The notes beneath the pieces were generated by a model. The model did no database searches. It worked only from the letters and a program-made list of their open reading frames with translations, and was not told the origin of the DNA. DNA of 64,000 bases from assembly GCA_964016885.1 (NCBI GenBank), contig OZ024745.1, positions 133,672,001 through 133,736,000 of the forward strand, in the 5' to 3' direction. A program made the translations under genes and the position numbers. Positions 55,449-64,000 of this stretch are shown piece by piece (position 1 is the stretch's first letter; each line of letters begins with the position of its first letter). The DNA comes from Eledone cirrhosa (Eukaryota).

Positions 55449-55584
55449 AGAGGAAAATAATGACTTCACTTGCAGTTGGTGTTCCAAAGAATTTGATTTT
55501 ATAATTTTACAATTTGTAAAATTGTAAAATTATGAAATTAAATTGTTTAGAACAGCAACTGCAAGTGAAGTCATTCTTTTCCTT
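55449..55584. repeat. Imperfect palindrome, ~62-bp arms
   Basis: aggaaaataatgacttcacttgcagttg... / ...caactgcaagtgaagtcattcttttcct. Confidence 0.85.
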
Positions 55585-55624
55585 TTTTCAAATATATCTA
55601 ACTGTACCAAGGATCTCACATATT

Positions 55625-55712
<88 letters not shown>

Positions 55713-55754
55713 GGAAAGCGAAGAATCAGTGATGTATTGAACCCAGATTTATTG

Positions 55755-55840
55755 CGTATTACAAATGTTTCTCCGATGTGCGAGGTGCGATCTGTTTGTG
55801 GATCGAACCTGACTCTGGCTTCTCAAGTTCCTCAGATACG
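55755..55840 (-). ncRNA. Hammerhead with large stem II region, inside element 55710-55855
   Basis: cgtat CTGAGGA ... GAAA cattt GTA atacg; base of stem II not cleanly paired. Confidence 0.65.
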
Positions 55841-57133
55841 TCTAGTGATTTCGAATATATATACATATATATGTACGTATTGTATATTTATTTTAAAATA
55901 TCTTAAGGCCTTTCGCTACGCAATGTTTATATATATTGCAATGATTCTATAAAGGCATTCGAAGGAAGAAATGTTCAACATCCCAAAAGACATATACCTG
56001 CAATCATTCTAAGGTAAATCCTATGTGCCCTCCCCCACCCCTTTTTTTTATCATAGCATGCCCTTAAATTTCTAGTAGGGGTGTTTCAGTAGATTATAGT
56101 TTAATGGTTGCACCTTAATTTTTTAATTGAAAATTACTAAAAGAATTTTATTATTGAAGATATTCCTCCCATGATAAAATATTTAACTGACGTGATGCAA
56201 TGCAAGGAAAAGATCAAACAGAATTTTCTTTTTAGTGAAACACAACCTAAAATATTTCTTAAATTCTCCTTAGTTAATAACCATGACAAGGACTCAAATC
56301 TGAAGATTGAAAAAACTGTCTAAAATATTCAGAGACGACTCAGAAAATTATAAACTGAAAGGATGAAGAAATGAACAAACGAATTCCGACGTCGCACAAA
56401 ACACAGTGGCTTTGCTAGTTTTTATTTTAACATCTAAACAGCAATTTCTCTTTGAAGATTAATAAAAAAACAAGATGGTTCAAGGGAATTTAACATTTTA
56501 TTTTTCAAATTCTGTTTGATGTTAAGAAAACACAGAAATGAAATTATTGGAGGGATAATTCAGAATGAGTGAAATGATTATTGAAAAGGCTTTGTTGATT
56601 GAGTAGAATCAGAAAGGCAGCATCTTTTGTTGAAAATCTTAAACTATTAGAAATCTAATAAACGTGTGCTCTTTTCAAATATCATCATTCTCTATTGACC
56701 GACTGTATTGAAGACGTGTCTAACACATATTAGTGTAGAGGTTCATATTCCAGTGTATTATTGAATGACCCATATATTTAGATTCCATGAACCCTACTAA
56801 TTATTAGAGATTACTTAACATTTTACTGGTTTCAGTTATTAGACCATAGTCATACTTCAGCACCGTCCTATATTGTTTTAGTCTATTACATTGACTGCTA
56901 TAAATAGTCAGATACTTATTTTTTAAATCTGGTATGACAGCTTTACAATGTTTAATATAGGTACCTCCGTGGACTTAAATACCATAAAACACTGCTACAC
57001 ACAAACAGAAATAGAAACACTCCCACCTGAATGCATAAAGTCTGCATGAAAACAGTTTTATTCTAAAGTAGGCCTGAAGAATAACCGCAACACTAACAGA
57101 ATACATAAAAGTTGGATAAATCTCTTTTAGAAC

Positions 57134-57335
57134 TTGCACAAGGACAGCAATTTTTCAGGAGGGGGGGAAAGTCGATTAAATCGATCCCAGTCCGTTACTG
57201 GTACTTTATTTTATCGACCCAATAAGGATGAAAGGCAAAGTTAACCTCGGCTGGATTTGAACTCAGATTGTAAAGACCCGTAACTCCATGCTGCAAAGCA
57301 TGGCGTCCGACCTTCTAACGACACTGCCAATCCAT
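57134..57335 (-). mobile_element. SINE, long variant
   Basis: Consensus with gggggggaaagtcgattaaatcga segment. Confidence 0.85.
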
Positions 57336-57766
57336 AATGAACGCTAATTTAGAACGCCCATACTTTCTCAGTTTATACCATTAAATGGGCGTGTTTTGAA
57401 TAGAAACTGTATACTATATTGAACCAATAAACTCGTTCGCTATCTTCTGCGGCAGTGTTTTCACAATTCTGTTTACTGGGACCGCGATGGATATTGGTAC
57501 TTAAGATACTGAGGTTGTCTTTATGCAGGGATTTTGTTCCATCTAGATTTATTTCTCAACAAATAATTTTTTCAACACTAATAACGCATTATTTTTGTTA
57601 CAAAATCTTAATTTCACCTGTGAGACTATATTTATGCAGGGCCACCATCCACTTCACTAACATTTTCAGAATCTATCTAAATGTTTATTTAGAGGTGTTA
57701 TGCATTTTCATTTTATTTTCGCAAAACGGGAATTGAGTTATACATAAATGATATCTACTTATTTCG

Positions 57767-57912
57767 AAACCTCTGTTTACAAACGATATACTTAAAACCT
57801 GGTTACAAACGATATACTTCAAACCTATGCTTACAAACGATATACTTAAAACCTATGCTTACAAACGATATACTTAAAACCTCTGTTTACAAATGATATA
57901 CTTAAACCTATG
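57767..57912. repeat. ~29-bp minisatellite, 5 copies
   Basis: aaacct(a/c)tg(c/t)ttacaaacgatatactta repeated. Confidence 0.88.
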
Positions 57913-59486
57913 AAACGAAGGGAAATATATATAAATTGACTAGTTCAAGCGGATCTATTGAAAACGAATTAAACTTTCATCTGTATTTCTAATAAGAGTT
58001 TTAATATGTATTTCTAAAGGTTTCATGCGTTAAGTCATTCAATTGATAAATGTATTACCACTTTATTTTATTATGAAATAATATTATATGTGCCCCACAA
58101 TCTATTTAATTTTTGGTTTAATATTCTTTTAATTATGTTATGAATGTTATTTTTGTTTAAGAAACTCATTTAATGACACTTCTGTAATTCATTATAATTC
58201 CGTGCAATTATCCTCACCTGGGCAACAAACTGCTTCTATTACAATGCACATTTCCATTCTCTCTTTATTACAACACACTCAATCATTACTTGTTTATTAC
58301 CCTGTTGTTTTCGTGTAGGTGTTTTACAACCAAGTAATGTGTATATATTATAGAAATTATATTAATATTTTAATAAATAACGTTTAATCAACTTCCTCCA
58401 ATCATATTCATTAAATTTATCAAATTACTGAAATACTTTTACACTAAGTAGCTTTAAGGTAATCAATATGTTGGTGTCGTTATTGTTCATGTAGTTTTTT
58501 TATTGTTTTCTATTTCTTTCATTTTAAATGCGATAATACGAAATAACTAAAACTAATTGAATTTAATTGCTTCATATAAATATAATTGTGTGCAATGTAA
58601 TTAACGAGATTCCCGCTGACATAACCAATGCACCTTCCTAAACATATTTCATATAAAGTGAGCTATTCATTTGCCGTTTACTGTTTTCAAATACACGTTC
58701 CATCTATTGAACAAAGGAAATGTTTGAAAACATTCCATAGATTTAACATTCATTTTACATGAAAGAGAAAAGTTAAGTCTACAAACATTCGTTCATATGA
58801 AATAATTCCAAACTGCCAGAAGATATTTACTATTTCGTTGTATCTATACTATCAAAACATCAATATTTCAGTGAATCTTGTATAAACCTGTATCAGTTGT
58901 CTGTATATCAATGTCATAGCCGAGAACCACGAATATGCAATTAACTACAGTATTTTTCTAAGCCTTCCATCACATATTTAACATTCTCCAAGAATTAATT
59001 TACAGCAGTCTTTCCTTCTTTCCTATGACGTAGTCATATGTTCTTCTGTCTTCATGTAATTTCATTTCACTTGTAACATTTTCAAATATCATAATTATTC
59101 ATAAAATTAGTGGTTATCTTCATTGAACCTGCTTGTAATTTCTTTCTCTAGGGCCCATTGCATTTTATTTCAGTTTGTTATTTCATTTGGATATTTATTT
59201 GGTTATTTTTCCTTTTCGGTTTTGTTTCTCATATCCACTTTCTGAATTATTTTTAAAATGTTCCTAATTACACTTTCTGTTTAGGCTTAAAAGTCTCGGG
59301 ATTGTGAAAGAGGAAATTCTTATAGAAGTTATCCTTCGAGACATTAGTAAAGGGAGAGATAAAAGACTACATCACTTAAAGAAAAATACAGAATCAGAAT
59401 CGGTAAATATTATTAATAGAATTCCAATAACACATCATATAGCTCCACTTGGCGCTAGATAATACTTAGTTTCGCTATTGCTTGCT

Positions 59487-59521
<35 letters not shown>

Positions 59522-60797
59522 GTATATAGTATATAGTATATTTATATATATAGATATACATATATATGCCAAGTTTACATGGAGTGAATCAGAAGATAGT
59601 TAAATAAGAAACTAAACGAAATTAGATGAGCCTTGTAGAAATTGAACATAACAGAACCATTAAGTATATGTGAAGTAATATGATGATTTAAAGATTTCTA
59701 TGGTCATATATATATGTATATAGATATATGTGTATATATACATGTGTGTATTTAGATACACTAATCCCCGCTTGCGAAAGTATGCCCACATGAATGAAGT
59801 AGATCAACTCATACATACATCCACCCATTTGGGCCTCCATTTCCAGCAACATTCACTACCTAATACCACTTTTCACGTTCTTTAGTTCAGCAACATACCT
59901 GTCACTTCCATTTCTCCCTCCACAGTGACAGTCCTACTCTCATGTGATGGTGATGATTATTATCATTAGCAGTAGTAGTTCTTTACTGAGACATGTCTAA
60001 TTGTTATATGTACCAATCAAAACCATTGAAGGAACAAACTTGCGTAAAATTGGTGTGATACTACACATAGTATAATATGGAACATATAGTACTCTGCCAT
60101 ACTCGACAATGTAGATTGCGTTATTCTTATATAATATGAATAGGTTTCCTTACAGGAGCATGTTAATAATTCTATATGCATCTGTATGACTGAGGTTGCA
60201 TATACATATAGTATACACATATAGTATATACATATAGTATATACATATAGTATATACATATATTATATACATAACTATACACATTTGTTTCCTTTTCTAT
60301 TGATTGATTTTGTCATCAAAGCAACTTTCAATTTAATTTCTGTTTTTCTAGTTGTTTATCGTTTGCGGGTTTTGATGTTTTCTGTTATCGCTTTTTTTAT
60401 ATACAATAAACCCGACAGATTTTAGTCGATAATGAAAATAGACAAGTTAAATTTATAAATTCGAAAACAGAATTTAGTTTTACTCAAATATATAGAATCA
60501 TTTGTCTTGGTTTTGTTATATATTATCTTTTATTTTTTACTGTAGCAATAGAAGAGTGAAAAAAGTATGAAATTTGACAGTGTAGCCTTTAGAGAAACCA
60601 AACCGGAACGAGACAGTCTAGTCAATTGACGGTGACGTCACGGATTCAGATGTCGTCTAGTGTTGGAAACATTGGCGTTTATTTTTAGAGTTCTTTTTTA
60701 GGTTGAATATTTTTGAAAAAACAACAGTTAGCTCTTCCGTAATAATTATTCAGATATACTGATGCCACACGATGACTAAAGCCGTGACCTCAATGAG

Positions 60798-61302
60798 GTA
60801 AAAGATCTATGCATTTCTTCATTCGTTTTATGATAATTTGACTTAGATTGTGTTTTATGAATATTATTTTGACACACAACCTCTTTGCAACTGGTTTCAT
60901 TCGGGGCGGTTGAACCTAGCAGACTACAGATTGAAAAGGAGAAATGCAAAAGAAAAAAGGAAAATAACCAGATAAGTTATTTCCTAAATTTCATGGATGT
61001 CTATAGATTTTCTATAATTTAGGACTGTGTATTCAAAATCACTGTTTCTGCTTTTGGCACAAGGCCAGCAATTATCTCAGTGTATCACTGGTACTTTATT
61101 TTATCGACCCCGTAAGGATGAAAGGCAAAGTTAACCTCGGCGGGATTTGAACTCAGATCATAAAGCGCCGTAACTCTTTGTTGCAAAGCATGGCGTCCGA
61201 CACTCCACCGAAACTGCCAATCCACACTCAAAATAATATTCATAAAACACAATCTAAGTCAAATTATCATAAAACGAATGAAGAAATGCATAGATCTTTT
61301 AC
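60798..61302. repeat. Perfect 75-bp inverted repeat (60798-60872 / 61228-61302) enclosing a SINE
   Basis: gtaaaagatctatgcatt...atattattttga versus tcaaaataatatt...atagatcttttac. Confidence 0.9.
61043..61225 (-). mobile_element. tRNA-derived SINE
   Basis: Consensus match. Confidence 0.9.
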
Positions 61303-61777
61303 TGAAGAGGAATTTCAAAATATAAATTTGTCAGTATATTTGAATGGTTAGTGCCTCTAACGAAAATATATCTGCTCTAAATGTCAGTTTTATATGGATT
61401 AGTGTCGTGGGAACTGCGTGGTATGACATCATTTATTTCCATTTAAAATTGGATTTGCTATATGTTATTGCAATATCTGATGCAATTGGATTTGCTGGAA
61501 GTGTTGATAGCAATTGTGTAACCAATAATATGTCAGAAGCTACTTAATTGCATAGCCAACAGTCTACTCTCGTAAAACGAAAAATCTATTTTATATGTGC
61601 ACAAGATTGTAAACAGTGCAAATACGTTAAAACCATATTGATGAATATTTTTGTAGCTTACATGTATAAAAACTTGTTTTCTTAGTTTAGTGGTTAGCTC
61701 GTAAAGTGATCGATCCCGGAACAACGCGATTGTAAACGTGAAGTCTTTAACATTAGCCACACACACACTACACACAA

Positions 61778-61837
<60 letters not shown>

Positions 61838-61852
61838 ATGTGTTGTTAATAT

Positions 61853-62315
61853 GGTTTCTGATTTAGGCACAAGGCCAGCAATTTTGGGGACAAGGTGAAA
61901 GTCGAATAAATCGACCGCAGTGTGGTACTTTATTTTATCCACTGTATAATAATGTTGTCTAGTTTAGGGACAAGATCAGCAATTTGTGGGGAGGGGAGGT
62001 CAATTAAATCGACCCCAGTATCTCATTGGAATTTTATTTTAAGGATAAAAGGCAAAGCTAGCCTCGGCGGGATTTGAACTCAGAAATTAAAGGGATCTAA
62101 CTCTATTCCACAAGGCATGTAGTTCAACCGCTACTGCCAATCTATCACCGCTATTCACCCCTCTATTAATCGTGTCTAATTTAGGCACAGGATCAACAAT
62201 TTGTGGGGAGGGGAAGTCGATTACAACGACACCAGTGGTTGACTTGTACCTTATTTTATTGATCCCGAAATTAGGAAAGTCAAGTTTGACCTCTACGAGA
62301 CTTGGCTCAGAATTC
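61853..62315 (-). mobile_element. Cluster of three truncated or older long-variant SINEs
   Basis: Three successive ttaggcaca(a)gg...gtcgat..aatcgac starts at ~61853, ~61956 and ~62172. Confidence 0.78.
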
Positions 62316-63328
62316 AACCGTATAACATTTGTACAACATTACTAACGAAGAGACAAAAATAAATATACATTCGTTTATATTGACAGCTGGATAACTAACA
62401 CTCTTCATAACCAGCAGACATTCAGGAACCAACATCTATTGTACAATATGTCATGTTTACCAACAACGTTTGGCACCTTCTAAAGAAGCTTTTTGAAAAC
62501 AATATTTTTTTAATGCCCTCATCTTAATAACGTCAATGATCATTTAGCAAAATTAACTCTTAATTATGGCTATTGGTGGGAGGAAAATGATTTACTTGTA
62601 TAACAATAAATAATTATCGGAAGGTAAATATAATTTGTTGTGTATATATTACAACAAAGCAAAAATAACCTGCTGTTTTCTTTACACATTAATTGTATTT
62701 TAGTACTGTGTAATGTGTGAATATATAACATTTCTTTTATTAATAATGTTACACACATATAATTAAAGTGTCGAAATATTTCATTTTATCACAGTTCTAT
62801 GTGCATTTTATCATCGTCCATTTTTATTTGTTTGTGTGTGAGTCTGGAGAAAGTGTTCTCCTTATGATTAAGTTACATCCTGCTAGCATTTAAGAAATTT
62901 AAGAAACAGAAATCTAAGGTGTGACATCAATTGAAATTCTTTCCATATATCAGGTAACTAATGCGTATAATTCCATATGACATGTGTTTAGTGCCACTTC
63001 GATATATGATGATCTGAATACATTATGAATACATCCGCTTAACGAGTTTGTCAATTGGAACTGACATTTCTAATGATATAGTACTTCACGTGGAATCTTT
63101 CTACGGAATTGTAAAAATATTAAATTTCGAGAAGGAAATTCAAAATTATTTGAAAAGAGATTTTGTGTAATGCAAAACAGATTTTGTGAAAATTGACTTT
63201 AATATGCATTTAAAATGGGTGTGAAGCAAAGCTTGATATAAAAACATATTTCTATAGATTCATATGATCAATCAACATTTTACACTCAGGCATTGTATTA
63301 AGAAAGATATACATACATACACACTCAA

Positions 63329-63375
<47 letters not shown>

Positions 63376-63380
63376 AATAT

Positions 63381-63465
<85 letters not shown>

Positions 63466-63468
63466 TAA

Positions 63469-63509
<41 letters not shown>

Positions 63510-63537
63510 TATATATATAAATATACATATATATATA

Positions 63538-63825
63538 CTATCAGACGTTCAATCATCTGGCAGGAAGGTATACGTTGCTGACGATAGCTAATAAGCTTGA
63601 AACTAGTACAGCGTTCCTTTGTCAGTGTTGAACAAATGAGCAACGATGGTTGCTAGACACTGTACGGCTTAATTCGGAATGTTTGTTTACAAACACACCG
63701 AGCATTATAATAAATGTTCGGTGAATCCATACGTACATATATATATATATGTGCATGTATGTATATATATATACATACTACTGTACGTCTGTATACATAT
63801 ATGTATGTACGTATAAATACTTATA
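63538..63825 (+). mobile_element. Partial copy of the 11893 subfamily in (TA)n
   Basis: Reverse complement of ~11955-12240. Confidence 0.88.
63572..63614 (+). ncRNA. Minimal type I hammerhead ribozyme
   Basis: acgttg CTGACGA t-agct-aata-agct-t GAAA ctag TA cagcgt, extended by aagg/cctt, ctggca/tgtcag, gttcaat/gttgaac. Confidence 0.88.
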
Positions 63826-63868
63826 TATATATATACATATATATATATACACATATATATATATATAC

Positions 63869-63930
<62 letters not shown>

Positions 63931-63931
63931 T

Positions 63932-63988
<57 letters not shown>

Positions 63989-64000
63989 ATATGCATGCTA

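Overview
AT-rich, gene-poor eukaryotic (metazoan) DNA saturated with (TA)n/(CA)n microsatellites. The dominant tRNA-derived SINE resembles the Octopus SINEs, so a cephalopod source is likely (inference). No host protein-coding gene is convincingly seen; nearly all short ORFs in the track are microsatellite or repeat artefacts. The real coding content is transposon-derived: two 5'-truncated Penelope-like elements (RT/GIY-YIG, Naiad-type C-terminus; 18930-20429 and 49749-50921, minus strand), RTE-LINE 3' fragments and a mariner transposase relic. The main hidden signal is RNA-level: about 19 near-intact and about 8 degenerate type I hammerhead ribozymes, read by eye, in Penelope tails and in non-coding elements inserted into (TA)n. 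The most striking is a 4.7-kb tandem array (5155-9844) of ten ~463-bp units, each with a minimal hammerhead, in strict A/B (468/458 bp) alternation, i.e. a retrozyme-like array with a dimeric higher-order unit. Several related insertions carry 5' fold-back inversions that break at or inside the ribozyme. All folds and alignments were done manually and need computational confirmation.
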